This document shows positions 13,126 to 27,960 of a stretch of 64,000 nt of DNA, piece after piece; position 1 is the first letter of the stretch; each line of letters begins with the position of its first letter. Source of the DNA: Octopus sinensis. Its lineage: Eukaryota. The notes beneath the pieces were generated by a model, which worked only from the letters and a program-made list of their open reading frames with translations, was not told where the DNA came from and did no database searches. The position numbers were made by a program, and so were the translations under genes. Where the stretch lies: assembly GCF_006345805.1 (NCBI RefSeq), contig NC_043001.1, positions 56,172,001 through 56,236,000 of the forward strand. Reading direction: 5' to 3'.

Positions 13126-13399
13126 TCTCTAGCGTCTAAAGGATAAAGGTAACTTCACTCACCTGACACTACAAATGATAAAACAGTTTGGTGTGTTCTC
13201 CCTCTTTTACAACAGTTGCTATTCCTCTGAATGCACAAACCATTAAATTACTTCTATTTATCTAGTGTGGCGATTAGCAGAGTCGATTACCTTCAATCAT
13301 ACCCTACCATCTTTAAAAACAGGATGGTTCACATTCTGCAGTACAGTTCTAGAAGTACTGTTTAAGCAAAAATTACGGGATAGTTACTAGTAGAACGCT

Positions 13400-13630
13400 T
13401 TTAGTATTAGGTTTACTAGAGGGGCTGTACCTGGGGTGATACAATAACAACGAAGACTATACCACCAACAATATTTTTTCTTCGTATAATTCCTGGAATA
13501 TCCTTAAACTATTTCCCAACCTTAAAGCCAGAAATGAAACTATTTGGAACTCCCTTCCTACATGCATTTTTACGACTTCCCCCACCATCAAATACAGGCT
13601 CATTAATACAAGGAAGGCATCTGAATTTCC
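13400..13630 (+). mobile_element. CR1/L2-type LINE 3' relic
   Basis: Reads ...RNETIWNSLPTCIFTTSPTIKYRL, resembling the WNSLP C-terminal motif of CR1/L2 ORF2. Confidence 0.4.
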
Positions 13631-14384
13631 AAGGGCCAGCCTTACTAAATTGTATCAGAACTACGTTACTAGTAAGCGTGTCTGCTGAGTGCTCAGCCAC
13701 TTGTACCTTAATTTCATGAGCAGGTTGTTCAATTGATCGGATCAGCTAGAACACTCGTTATCGTAACCAATATAGTGCCAGTTTTTTTTCCATTACTAAC
13801 AGTCACTGTTCTTACAATCATACACTCTAAGCCTTAGACTACGACGTGTTCCACTTCAGAACCATCCATTGTGATAATTTATTTCCCAAGTAACAGGACC
13901 CTGTGCTCAACACCTCTTACTTATATGGCCAATGTTTTGCAAGTACTGTCTAATTGTTTAGTGAATGTTTTTAGTTTCCAAAAGATTATGAGTCTTCATT
14001 ATATTTAATATCTTCAGAAGGTCACCAATAAGTGCAAGATTTTTACTTAAGATTTGGTCTCTCTCATGAGGACTTCTAGCAAGATGTTGGTAAGAGTGGT
14101 TTGTAAAACATACAACCTTACTTTGTCCAAACTAATAAGTCTGCTAACCGCCACCACCATGGTGTATCTGGCATAGGTGGTTTATTCCAACTACTGGTAA
14201 CATCAGCTTACGTTTTTTTCTTCTTGGTTTATTACACTCCTTGGTAGCACAAACTAACGGCACTCAGTCCATACAAGAGACGGTGCTATATAAAATCTTC
14301 AGGTAGCTAGCTCACTCTCTCCCTCTCTTCCTCTCTCCCTTTCTCACTTACTTCCTCCCCCCTCCCTCCATCCTTCCATCAGCC

Positions 14385-14450
14385 TTCCATCCATCCATCC
14401 ATCCATCCATCCTTCCGACCGTCCGTTCGTCCTTCCTTCCGTCTGTCTGT

Positions 14451-14533
<83 letters not shown>

Positions 14534-14557
14534 CCTACCTACCTACCTACCTACCTA

Positions 14558-14638
<81 letters not shown>

Positions 14639-14660
14639 AACCATCTATCTATCTATCTAT
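14385..14660. repeat. (ATCC)n-(ATCT)n-(ACCT)n compound microsatellite
   Basis: Direct tandem repeats. Confidence 0.97.
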
Positions 14661-15980
14661 ATCGGGAGCATTATTGTGTTGCGTCAGAAAGCGTAACATA
14701 ACCAATTGACAAATATAGATGAAATGAATAATACCAGACCGGAAGATATTGATGTGATAGACTATCAACGTGTTTGCGAATTTCTTTTATCTATAAACTA
14801 TCCCGTTGTTTCCCTTCTCCATTTGTTTGAATGATCAGTGTTGTGAAACTCTGAGTAACGGATCAAGAAACTCACGTCTCTAACAAAATAACCCAACCAA
14901 ATCTACTTTATGTATTGGATAATTTTTTCTCTGTTTCTAAACGCAAGCATCTATCTCTTTTTCTCTCTCTCTCAGTGTCTCTGTCTCTCCCTCTCTCTCT
15001 CTTCTCTCTCTCTGTCTCAGTCTGCCGCAGTTTTTCCATTACTAAATTTCACTCTTAAAACATCGATCGCTCTTTTACTGACAATACTCGCCTGTTTGTT
15101 TTCGTTATTTTCTTTTCATTCAGAAATAATTATTCGTCCCAGCGTAGAAATAAAACAGAACCTCCACCAGCCCCATTGAAGAATGTATTTTAGAGTGACA
15201 GAAATCCTAACTTGAAAAATATATATTTAAACTCTGTAAGTGATGCAGCACCGTTGATAGAAGGATTAATCGTTAATCCCTGTAAAGAACATTCTATTGA
15301 ATTAGATGCTTTCAGGAGAGAAAAAAAAATATCGTCTTAATGTGCTGATTTATTAGCATTATAGGATATATTGATGAAATATCGGTAGAGCAGTTTTATG
15401 GTCTAGATATATTGACGAGAAGCAACGTTTGTCAGCTGCTTTTAGATAGACAGAAAAAGAAAGAAAGAAAGATAGATAAATAGATAGATAGACAGATAGA
15501 TACGCATTCCATTTATTTTTGGCTGTTTCTTTTGTTATTTTACCTGTTTCTTTTTTTAATACTTTTTTGACTTTGTTCGTGAAAAAGTTACTTTTAACAA
15601 ATCACTGATTATGTTGCTGCAAATTCAATCGCGTGCTTCAACTCAGTTTTTAGGTTGTGCAATACTTATAGTTGTGATCAGAGTTGAAGGTAGTTTAGTG
15701 GTTAGTTGATAGGTTACGACATAAACACACAATGTACGTCCGACCATCAAAATCGTCTTATTTTATCGATAGAATCCTTAGCATACCATGTTGCATCAAA
15801 ACTTATGCAAATCAGAGAGCTTAGAAAAAGAATAAATAATATATACGCATAGCTGCGTTGTTAATATGTTCACATCTGTTCCGGGTCCGATTTCACTGCG
15901 CGGTGTTTTGGGTGTCTTCTACTTAAGTCTCAGATTGCTCAATTACATACAGACAACGTTTAATAGATGGAAACTACCCT

Positions 15981-16029
<49 letters not shown>

Positions 16030-16705
16030 AAAGAGAAAGATGGCCAAATTATTTAGATGTTCGATTTTCAATCCTGTAGTCTCGAGGTCGATTCCACTGC
16101 GTAGAATCTTGATCAGTGACTGAAACTTAAAAATCCTCTTTAATCCATGTTGACTAAGGTCATACTGGTCTACTCCTTTTAGAAGAAAATCTATCTTTTC
16201 TGTCGCCTTTCTGGAGATGCAATATTTTTGTTGATTTTCTTTTTCTTCATGTGTATCATCAATAGTTGATGGAAGCTAGTCCGTTTTCGTTGTAATCTTT
16301 TGCTGATGTCTGAACGAATACCGGAAAGAAATGTTTTTAGGTAATTATTTTAAAGTCACTCACGGAAATTTGTTAAAGTTTCGAAAAACATTTTAGGAGG
16401 TAGTTGTTACTGTTGCTGTATTAATTTCAGAGGAAAGATTTTGGGAAAAAGCTAGTTGGGATTTGACTGTATATATTATTTCTCGTTTTCCTTCAAGTAA
16501 GCTAAAGTTTGGATATCACTTTCATGATAATTAGTAGATATCAGTGCAGTCAACGATCCAAAGAAGAGAGCGTGTTGTGTGGAAACGTTTCTAACAGTTC
16601 CGCTCCTTGAGTTTGATTCCTCTTATGTGAATTTATCTAGCAATGTCTCTCACTAATTAGGAAGTACTACCTGAGCTATTGCGAGACCATATTTAAGAAC
16701 CTTAA

Positions 16706-17705
16706 TGTTGTGTAGTCCGGAAAGTTCGTACCGATTTATAGTAGCTTACCTTTCGCCTTATTTTAGAACATAGTTGAGTCCATAAAATAGGATTTGACTA
16801 CACATCCATTTAGAGCATAGATTAAGCTATCTTTTTGTGGAAGAAGGTTTATGTTCCTATAACCTGTGTTAATTCTGTAACCTTTTAAAATGGAAGATAA
16901 GAAAGTTCATTTTCGGCACTTGATGATTTTCTTTTTTCGTAAAGGGAAAAATGCCTCACAAGCAACCAAAGAAATATGCGCAGTTTATGGTGATGTTTCT
17001 TTATCCGAAAGAACTGTACGGAAATGGTTCGCAAGGTTCCGAGCTGGAGATTGTAGCCTTATTGATAAAGAGCGATCAGGCAGACCATCCACTACAGATG
17101 ATGACCAAATAAAGTCATTAATTGAGAATAACCCACATTGCATAACACGAGAATTGGCAAAAAGCCTCAACCTATCAAAATCCGTCGTTCATGAGCACCT
17201 GGTAAACCTTGGGTACACAAATCGCTATGATGTTTGGGTACCACATGAGTTGAGTGAGAAGAACTTTTTGGATCGCATTTTCATCTGTGATTCGCTTTAT
17301 AAAAGGAATGAAAACGCACCTTTTTTAACGTGATGAGAAATGGATTATCTACCGAAATGTTCAAAGAAAGCGATCCTGGAGTAAGCGACATGAACCACCC
17401 TTAGCCACCCCAAAAGCGGGTCTTCACCCTAAAAAAGTCTTGCTTTGTGTCTGGTGGGATTGGAAAGGATTTCTGTACTATGAGCTTCTTCCAAGTAACT
17501 GCACACACTTGGACGAGTTAAAAGCAGCAATTCAAGAGAAACGTCTAAAATTGGTCAACATGAAGGTTGTTGTTTTCTAACATGATAATGAAAGACCGCA
17601 CGTTTCTGTGGGAACCAGACAAAAATTGCTGCAGCTCGGCTGGGATGTGTTACCCCACCCCCATAACCATCAGATATTGCTCCTTCGGATTTCTACTTAT
17701 TCAGC
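16706..17705 (+). mobile_element. Mariner transposon, 3'-truncated, transposase pseudogene
   Basis: ORF 16890..17333 MEDKKVHFRH...HTH...WVPHEL. It continues after a frameshift DEKWIIY...HPKKVLLCVWWDWKG...HDNERPH...[18 protein letters not shown]. 5' TIR-like GTCCGGAAAGTTCGTACCGATTT. Confidence 0.95.
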
Positions 17706-19231
17706 TGTGAGTATTAACGTCTTCTAGAATTTATGCACAAGAAATGGGTTATATTTCTACAATATACAAGAAATTTTAACAATATTTTATTACTTCCTAA
17801 TAATATATAATTATAAAATTATAATAGAATTTTTCAAACACGGAATGTCTATGGGGCTCCGCCTGAGTAAAACAGAAATCAAAGGGATCCATATCCCCCA
17901 AATGGTACACAGACACTGTTTTAGACTTTGTAAGTTAAAGGCCACGAAAGACACGATAAAAGTAACAAAAAATATGGTTACATTGATCGTGTATTTCTGT
18001 GTGTATCTGCAAATATTAAAACCAACAAATCGGAATCCAGAGCAGTAGCGTTGCTGTACTGGACTTATTTTCAAAGACTTTTCAGATATGGCTTTTTACA
18101 GCAGTCTCCCCTCTCTCTCTTATGACCACTGTTTTTGTCTGTCTGTCTGTTTCATATATATATATATGTACAGGTCGTCGTCGACTTACGACCACATTCC
18201 TTATTATTTTCTTATTATTTTATTATCTTATTATTTTTTTAATTCCTTATCATATTATGAGGTAAGTTAAACTTTTAGTTTTAGGTTTTTTTTAGGAATT
18301 TGACCTGAGGAGTGACTGCTTTTGGGAATAAAATTATTTTCCGTTCTAATTAACTCGGATATGGTTTCTTATATGATTTTACATAGCCCTAATTCAGCCA
18401 TGAAACGTGCGTAGTCAATGTACAAGTACTCACTTTTATACATTATATTATTGCATTAATTTTTATTGTTCAATTTATACTTTATTTGATTTTAGATTAA
18501 TATTTTTATGATGAATGTTTCTTTGTATGGTATTCGATGGGATTTTAAAAGCATTTGCTCTTATGCATTACATGATTTTAATAATTTTACTGTTCAATAT
18601 TATATATTTTTAAAATTTTAGACTAGTATTTTGCATGGTATATGTCTCACAGCATGGTTTTGCACGAGTTATTCATTGACTGAATTGTGGAATGGTGATT
18701 CGTCTTTAAATTAGTTATATGCATATATTATATATTACGAAATTCGGTCTATTATTATTATAGTAAAACATTTTTGTCTGTACATATATATTCCCCTCCC
18801 ATTACCGAAAGCTGAACAGTTACCTCCCTTACCTACAACAATAACACTAATAACGATAACAAATTACCTCCCGTTATTTTTCTACTTGTGAAGTCATTCA
18901 CTCGTAAATACACACACATGGACAAAATTTCATCTTAAGAAAATATATTTTCAAATAAGTAAAACATAATATCATGAACAGCGATAGCGAAACCGGTCGA
19001 TATAGTAAAAATTGAATAACATGCCTGACAGAACCCTATATATCTAGAGGGACATCCCCTTCCTTATGCATGTACCTAATGTGACACAAACTGCACAGAT
19101 CGATGCGACACAATTAGATGCCCAATATCCTACCTATGACGGACAGTTGCATGATGGGTCGAAATGATCGTCGTACTGAATAAAGACTAGTGCTAAATCT
19201 ATATTCCGTTTCGTTCATCAGTTATTACAGA

Positions 19232-19322
<91 letters not shown>

Positions 19323-19361
19323 AATATATATGTAATATATATTTATATATTCAATATATAT

Positions 19362-19406
<45 letters not shown>

Positions 19407-19424
19407 TATATAGTATGTACATAT

Positions 19425-20230
19425 TGTGGAAAATTCTTGGTTCACGCTTCAATCGTCATCTGCTTCATAAGGAGGGTGATAAAGGAGATTTAAAAGTCTA
19501 TCGCTCCATATGCCTCTTGTCTCACCAGCAGCCAAGAGAGCAAGCAAATTTCTGTAAGAATAGTATGATAGTTCACTTATTCACTCTAACACAGCTCATA
19601 GAACGAACGATTTCAGGCTTCCTCACTGTATCACTTTTGTTGATTACCAAAAGACATTCGATAGCTTCGATCTGAACGCAGTGTCAAAATTTCTGGAAAT
19701 GCAAGGTGTCGAGGTGCAAATGCATCAAAATGATCAATGATATGAACTCTGGATGCACAATGGCTATAGGTCAGCTATCACCACTATTAAAGGTACCAAT
19801 TGAGAAGACTATCAAGCAATGAGATAACACCCCACTAAAGCTCTTTATCGCATGTCTGAAAATGGTCATCAAAAACAACGACTGGAAATGTGACGTGAAT
19901 ATCAACGGCAAGTATCTAACACATTTCCGATTCGTAGATGACATTGTACTCATTGCTGAAACCACAAACCAGCTGCAGACCATACTGATAGAACTGAACT
20001 CTCAGAGCTTAGCAGTAGGTCTTAAAATGAACCACACGAAAATGGTCTTAAATTAAACCGCAAGGCAGAATAGAAGTGCGAAGCGATAAAATTGAAGAGG
20101 TAAAGGAGTACGTCTACTTAGAGTTCACAGTGAATATGCGCCGAGATATGAATGCTGAAATCTCAAAGAGAATAAGGACAGGATAGAAGATATTTAACTT
20201 CATAAAAGATGTGCTCCAAACAAAGCTAAA
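19425..20230 (+). mobile_element. RTE-clade LINE reverse transcriptase relic
   Basis: LLHKEGDKGDLKVYRSICLLSH...FVDYQKTFDS...HFRFVDDIVLIAE...GLKMNHTK with frameshifts and stops. Confidence 0.9.
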
Positions 20231-21051
20231 CAATGCCATTCAAAAGCTTTCAATCAGTAAAACAGTCAATTCTGTTGTTTGTAAGGCATAAAAGAACTGT
20301 GAAATCTTAAGACAACATCTAAATACCAAGACAACATTATTTACAGTGAATGAAAAAAAAAATCCATTGAAGCTGATCATTTGCCACTTTGATTATGTAT
20401 GAGGAAGTACTACTTACGTATTCCTTATTCACATACAGGATATAGTTAATATGAAAAGTTACTTGTTTTGAGAAATAATATCAAAAAATTTCATAACGTA
20501 ATCATCGCCTGCCGCAAATATAACTAGTATACACAGACAGAAAATGTATGAGCATGTGGTTATTCGAGTTGTCAGAATCAGAAGTGAAGTCTCTATCATG
20601 ATACATCATTGAGTTAAAATAAACTCTTGGTACGATGTTTACAGAGAAAGCATGTAAATAAATAGTCATTGTACAATATATGCTCTCTATATGCAGCATA
20701 TGAAATCAAGTATTTTAAAAATAAAAGTTTTTTTAGTTAAAAATATAGAAAAATAATAAAGCTTTCGCAGACAAAGACATCCAGCATCTGCATACTAAAA
20801 GCGAAAATAACAACAATAGTTTTTCGGAAAACAAAAATAGTGGTGAATTAATAACTTTCAGATTCATTCAAAGACGCCCTCTGTTTAAACTGAATATATT
20901 TTATATTAGAAGTTGTATTTCAAATGGATAAACAATTGAAATTAAAAACTTTGCCACGTTGCCGTCAGCAAAGCCAAGGGTATCGAACTAGTTTAATATA
21001 TAAATAGTATACATGCAATATATAAGATCTTTCACTATCTCTTTATCTACA

Positions 21052-21082
<31 letters not shown>

Positions 21083-21428
21083 CCACACACACACACACAC
21101 ACAATGGATATATATATATATATATGTATATGTGTATTTACACACAGACTATAACATAGATTAATATAACTATTCATTAATTATAGGTAAGGCTTACAGA
21201 ACATACAAAATATAGATATAGGTGATATATATATAATATATATTGTATATGCACATGTATATATATAATTATATACACAAATATAATGTAAATGCATATG
21301 TGTGTGTGTGTGTGTGCACGTGCGCGTGTATGTACATATATGTATATATTCAGGCATATAAGAGAGTGAATCAAAAATAAATTCAAATAAAAATTGCATT
21401 GCTTTCTCGCTCCCCCTCGTATATATAT

Positions 21429-21542
<114 letters not shown>

Positions 21543-22589
21543 ATGTGTATACTTGCTATCCTGCTCACACACAGGCGCACGCGTACACGCACTCACAAAT
21601 ACATGCACGGACGTATTCATACAAACTTACTCTCTGAGACGCGCATTTCTTCGGGTGTTAGACTGTGTACTTAAACGAAATAATTGGTAATTGAGACCGC
21701 ATAGATATCTGAAAATGAATGAAGTGTCACGGAATGCTGACTCTATCAGAATATCTATTAGATAAAGATGGAATCAATAAAAGAAACGTTCGACAAATAG
21801 TTATTATTAAATTGTACATACCATCACTTGTCATGGAAGCAATTGATGGAATTACTGTGTTGTAATATACATTGATAAAGCCTAAGCAAACGGGCTTGCC
21901 ATGTGCATCGCGGTGAGTATCTAGTTGCTGGATCAACTAAATTAACTTCTCATTGAATTAAGACATAAGTGGAGAAGTATTGTATTCAGAAGTGGACCCG
22001 TAACGAAATTCCCAGACAGAATTAGCATGCCTCTGTGTGACAAGAATGAACCGTTGCATTACAATCCATTCGACGGGCTTCTACAACATTTCCGTCTATA
22101 CAATCTTGGTGCTACGAGCTGATATAGTAAATGACCCTTGCCAAAGTTGACATGTAGCGGGATCGAGCTAGGAACCACGTGATGAGCAGTATAAGAGGAA
22201 CTTCTTAATTATTCAGTTATCGCGTATCCAAGCCATAGTCGAATATTTGGTTATATCAACGCCAAGTAGTGCATAGGCATAAGCGAACATTAGGTTAGTT
22301 AAAATATATTTAACTTATTTCAACTTCTAAAGGCAAATTGACTGCAGTTACTGTGGAAAAAACTCGTCTTATGGCAAAAATTAGTAAAGCCACCATATTT
22401 GATCATTGCTGCCCATCGTCGGATTCCCAGACGTGTTTCAAGTTCTTTGGCTGTTATCAATGGGAAATATTGAAGAGAGGTAACTCTGGGAAGATTTTAA
22501 AGCCGTAGCTTTAAATAAAGATAAACAGATAGATAGACATGAAAATATTGTCAGTTTTAATGTCGAATTATAAACCTTTCTATTATTGG

Positions 22590-22770
22590 AGGAGGGAGCG
22601 AGTCAGTTTCATCGATCCCAGTATTGATTTTGTACTTATTTCACAGAGCCCTGAAATTATGAAAGGCAAAGTCGAACTCAGCGGAATTTGAACTTAGAAC
22701 GTAAAGATGGAGGAAATTTCTCCATGCATTTTGTCCGGCGTGCTAACGATTCTGCCAGCTCACCGTTTTT
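22590..22770 (-). mobile_element. SINE family A
   Basis: Reverse complement of the family A head (GCTAACGATTCTGCCAGCTCACCG) and B-box (GGAATTTGAACT). Confidence 0.88.
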
Positions 22771-22869
22771 ATGTCGTGTAATAAAAATAATTCAAGTTTA
22801 AACTGAAGAATAACTCAATAGTTTTTGGAGAGTACATATTTATTATACTTTTGCTAAAACAGGGATGAT

Positions 22870-22930
22870 AGTGACTTCGAAGGTTTCATCTGAAGAAGGC
22901 TATGTGGCCGACACTTCGAAGTCACTAACC
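22870..22930 (+). ncRNA. Degenerate minimal hammerhead ribozyme motif within a short inverted repeat
   Basis: CTGAAGA-A-GGC(TATGTG)GCC-GACA(for GAAA)-CTTCGAAG-TC. Palindromic stem III and GUC triplet; flanked by a 13-bp IR AGTGACTTCGAAG/CTTCGAAGTCACT. Confidence 0.55.
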
Positions 22931-22952
22931 ACCTCTCTTCTTCTAAAATCAG

Positions 22953-23021
<69 letters not shown>

Positions 23022-23030
23022 GTCTATCTG

Positions 23031-23070
<40 letters not shown>

Positions 23071-23850
23071 CCTATTTATTTTGGCTTTCACTAATCAGTC
23101 ATCCATCCATCGATCCATCCATCCATCGATCCATCTATCCATCCATCCATCTATCCATCCATCCATCTATCCATCCATCCATTCATTCATGCACACACTG
23201 ACAAACACGTGCATGTACACATAAACACACTCACAAACACACACACACGTAGTTCGTTATGCGCACATACACAAACACACACGCTTGTGCACACACACAC
23301 ATACACACACACACATATATATATATAGAGAGGGAAGTTAAGAGAGGGATAGAAAGAGGAAGAGAGGGAAGAGGTAAGAGAAAGAAATCCAATAAGTCGA
23401 TAAGCGACAACAGTTAGTGTATACTAACACGAGAAGGATAAGTACTTCAGATGAGTAGAGCAGTGTAACATTTAATCAAGTCTGTCTCATCTCCAGTAAT
23501 ACCCGAGGTTTTGCCGGACGGCACCAGCGCTACTGAAGAGCTTATTAATTCTTCTGAACCACAAATTATTGCAAAAGAAATTTCTGTTGGTTTCGAAAGG
23601 GTTTCTTTCAAAAGGAAAGCGCAATTTCAGTTCTTGTAATTAGTCTCGTAGTTAATTGATCTTCTAGAAATAGAAGTTAAGTAGCAATGCAAGAAAAAGG
23701 TAGGCTGGAAGGTCTGGAATACCTTCAGGATCGACCTGAAAACGAAAGACCATAATATCAGCCACAATTACTACAGACAGCATTAATGGTACTGCAGCAG
23801 TTCTTAAACGCCACCACCACCGGCCGTGTTCATCGTATAGCTTGTCGTCC

Positions 23851-23896
<46 letters not shown>

Positions 23897-24205
23897 GCAA
23901 GCTTACATACACATGTATTTATGCATGCATATAAACATGTGTCCATTGTATTTATATCTATATATATATGCAAGCTTACACACACATGTATATATACATG
24001 CATGTAAGCATGTGAGTGTATATATATGTATATATGTACAGGCACTTATGTACAAGCATATACGTATATGCACATATACATGCGTATATATTTGTCTATC
24101 CGTACGTACATGGTTATAATACATGCACACATTCAACATAAAAGTCAAATACACAGACGCACATACATAGACATATCTACACACATAGGTACGTATATAT
24201 ATATA

Positions 24206-24247
<42 letters not shown>

Positions 24248-24367
24248 TACATGCTCTGCAGATTACAATAATCATTACACACTGTTCTCGCATCGATTCT
24301 CTCATGTCTAACGCATAGATATCTGTACTGAGGTATATGTTTTAATTGATATCAACACACACACACT

Positions 24368-24399
<32 letters not shown>

Positions 24400-26040
24400 C
24401 ACACACACACACAACACACACACGCGCGCACACGCACACATGCATAAATCCATGTATACACATATATACACTCGCTCACATACGCATAGATTCATAGGTG
24501 TACACTGCCATACTTATTTCGTTTATTGTTGTTGGCTGTTTGGTGAATCTTGTTTCCTAGTAACCAATGGTAATTAAGAATACTATCTGACAGGAATACC
24601 TTATTGGAAAGAGTTTAAATTGCTCATATTTGTCAAGTGCACACGTTTCTGTATGTAATCTTAGTGTTTAACATAGTAATTTCTTAGTAAATGGTAGTTT
24701 ATACGACCAGTTTGATGTAAGGGGATAACGTTGGACTTTTAATATTATATGGTTGAATACATGGTAGTAAAAGAAGATGATTAGTGGTAGCTGTTCTTAC
24801 AACGGTGACATGGTTATTACGTTTACTTATTGAAAATTAAAGCTGCTGTAAAGACAGAAACTTTGACGAGCTAACGAGATAGCGTCTCCTGGTCACTCGA
24901 TCTGCTTTGTATCACAGCAAACTCAAATCTCACAGTACCATCTCAAATAAGGGAAGCACTCATTGAAAAACTTATTCCAAGCTACACTGTAGCTAAAATA
25001 AATATTTTTTCTTGTTTAAAATTGAATAATCAAGATGAGAATATTTTTGAAATTTTCGAGGGATGATGTGAGAGTGAGGAAATAAAAACACCCCCCCAAT
25101 GACAACGGTAGCATCACTTCCCTACTTATATATTTTTTATTGTTTTAGATGGTGCTTCTTGGATTATATTATACTATATATCCTTCCTTTTTAAGGATGG
25201 TAGGATTTTCGAATGATATTTCTAGCAGACAGCGTGGGCACATATGCAGCTCCTTCAAGTTTCCTCTATTGTTCTCTGTCACAGAGTGCACCTCTGACGA
25301 CATTATCCATTGTGTCTGTATTAAGTTTTGACTTAATGGTGATTAAGCAGTTGTCAAAATGAGACCTCATATGATCGTTCTCAAGTGACGGGAAATAAAA
25401 GTATCAGTCGCTATCGTTCATGTCTAAGTAATAATTCAATGTGAACTTTGATCTGCGGCGGGATACAATCATATTCCCCCGGCTCCGAGCATCTGGATAG
25501 AGCCTTTACGATGTCGTTCGACCAGCTAAAACTAACTGATTAATTTCCTTTAAAAAAAAGTTATATTGGAGAATGTAGTTCTAGATAATCTATGTCTGAG
25601 AAATAAGCAAAACAAAACAAAACAAAACAACGGGATACATCGAGTGCTTTCCAAAAATAATATAAAAAGAAGCAAAAATGGCGACTGCTGGAATGCTTTT
25701 GATCATGTGTATTCGATCAAGATTTATTTGATGTTAAATAATAACAACAACGATGACGACGGCATTTTTTTCTGGAGAGAACATTTACTTTTGCTAATTC
25801 CATGATTCTCTCTCTCTTCAGAAGAAAAAAATTACGGATACAAAACATAAGAAGCAGGACATGATTTTGATTTCACTAGAAATATAAACATTGGATAAAT
25901 GTTATTGTTGTTGTGGTTGTTACTGTAGTTGTTTGTTATGACTGCGCAGACCTAAAGGACTTTCCAGTCGTGACACTTCCATCTTTTTTATACGAAGGAC
26001 TAAATTGTCCAACGTATTCTTATCTCCAGAAATAGGAAAC

Positions 26041-26457
26041 AAGGCGGCGAGCTGGCAAAAACGTTAGCGCACCGGGCGAAATGCTTAGCGGTATTTCGTC
26101 TGCCGCTACGTTCTGAGTTCAAATTCCGCTGAGGTCGACTTTGCCTTTCATCCTTTCGGGGTCGATAAATTAAGTACCAGTTACGCACTGGGGTCGATGT
26201 AATCGACTTAATCCCTTTGTCTGTCCTTGTTTGTGCACTCTATGTTTAGCCCCTTGTTGGTAGTAAAGAAATAGGTATTTCGTCTGCCGCTACATTCTGA
26301 GTTCAAATTCCGACGAGGTCGACTTTACCTTTCATCCTTTCGGGGTCGATTAAATAAGTACCAGTTACGCACTGGAGTCGATATAATCGACTTAATCCGT
26401 TTGTCTGTCCTTGTTTGCCCTGTCTGTGTGTAGCCCCTTGTGGGCAGTAAAGAAATA
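26041..26457 (+). mobile_element. SINE family A with 184-bp internal tandem duplication
   Basis: Well-preserved head and B-box. Unit restarts at GGTATTTCGTCTGCCGCTAC (26090 and 26274). TSD-like AATAGGAAA(C/T)AAG at 26031 and 26461. Confidence 0.92.
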
Positions 26458-27399
26458 ATAAATAGGAAATAAGATGTCTTTTTGGTTACCATTATTATTG
26501 CTTAACTCCAGATCAGCCCTAATCAAGCTGACCTCTGATCAAAGCTATTCACGTAGTGACCATCAGTGTATCCTTAAAGGGAAATCTATTTCTAGCAAGT
26601 CGAATGACTACATGCACGTCTCCTTTGTTTTCTGGATGAATGCCGTTAGTGTTGTTATTTTTGTGCAGATCAGTTCTAACCGAGAAGGCCTAGGTTTATC
26701 GGCGTTCCAGCAATGACCAGCCAATTTGACAAAACTGTATCAGAGCTATATTACTCAATGCGTTTCCTTCTTGAAGATCGTACGGTTGTATGGTTGTTTC
26801 TGTTGTTGTTGCTGTTGTTTAAAACTGCATCAGCCCTGAGTACACAAACACCTATGATCAAAGGCATTCCAGCTAAGACCATCAAACTTTTTCACTTCAT
26901 GTTTTTTCTTAGATTATATAATTCAACGCCTTTCTCCTTTTTAAAGGCACAAGGTAGGTGCGATTTAAGAGAGATTTAACTACTATTTCTATTTGTTTGA
27001 ACCATCATTAACGTAGTGCGATGTAGCTGGAATATTGTTAAAAAAATCTCCACATCATACGTGTTTCATATTTCCAATTACTTTCTTTTACAGGCTATGT
27101 CTGTATGTGTGACCACATAACATTTCAATAAGGTGATAGGTACATCCTCTTCGAGGAAATCAACTCTACTCATCTAATCGCCTGCAAAAACAAACAAATA
27201 AAAAAAAACTTATTAAATGAGCATTTTTCTTCAGAATAAATACTTGATATCTAACTATCTGTATCTAAATATGTAACAAGGAGTAACACAGTATTTTCAT
27301 GAAATAATTGGTTTCGAAAAAATACTTCTTCCAAGTGCACACTGCCTCAGAGGTGAGTTAGAAAAATATAAATACAAATATAAATACAAATATGTAAAT

Positions 27400-27417
27400 A
27401 TATATATATATATATAT

Positions 27418-27457
<40 letters not shown>

Positions 27458-27459
27458 TA

Positions 27460-27498
<39 letters not shown>

Positions 27499-27636
27499 AA
27501 ATGCTATTTCTTTTGGCAATGTTCTCATTTCGCTATATTCTAATGTTTTTTCTTTCACTCACTCGACTTCTTTCACTTAAGTTATATATTGGATCTTTTT
27601 ATTATCTACAAGCACACGCACACACACACACACACA

Positions 27637-27667
<31 letters not shown>

Positions 27668-27792
27668 CATCTATATATAATATATATATACATATATGCC
27701 CACAATACATATATATGTATGTGTATATGTATGTATATATATATATATATATGTGTGTATATGTATATTAAAAATATATGTATGTATGTATG

Positions 27793-27852
<60 letters not shown>

Positions 27853-27873
27853 CATACATACATACAAATATGT

Positions 27874-27916
<43 letters not shown>

Positions 27917-27960
27917 TATACATATATGAATGTATGTATGTTTGTATGTATCTATAATTA
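27400..27960. repeat. (TA)n/(CA)n/(TATG)n compound microsatellite
   Basis: Direct tandem repeats; source of the YIYI ORFs. Confidence 0.95.

Noticed and set aside
3685-13170. Two minus-strand AG-TGTCAG-GT motifs suggesting a repeated 6-nt microexon
   Set aside because: Only a 10-bp match; compatible with chance.
16050-16680. Gag-like frames on the minus strand (LNNYLKTFLSGIRSDISKRLQRKR)
   Set aside because: Several stops and no diagnostic motif; possibly an old retroelement but unsupported.
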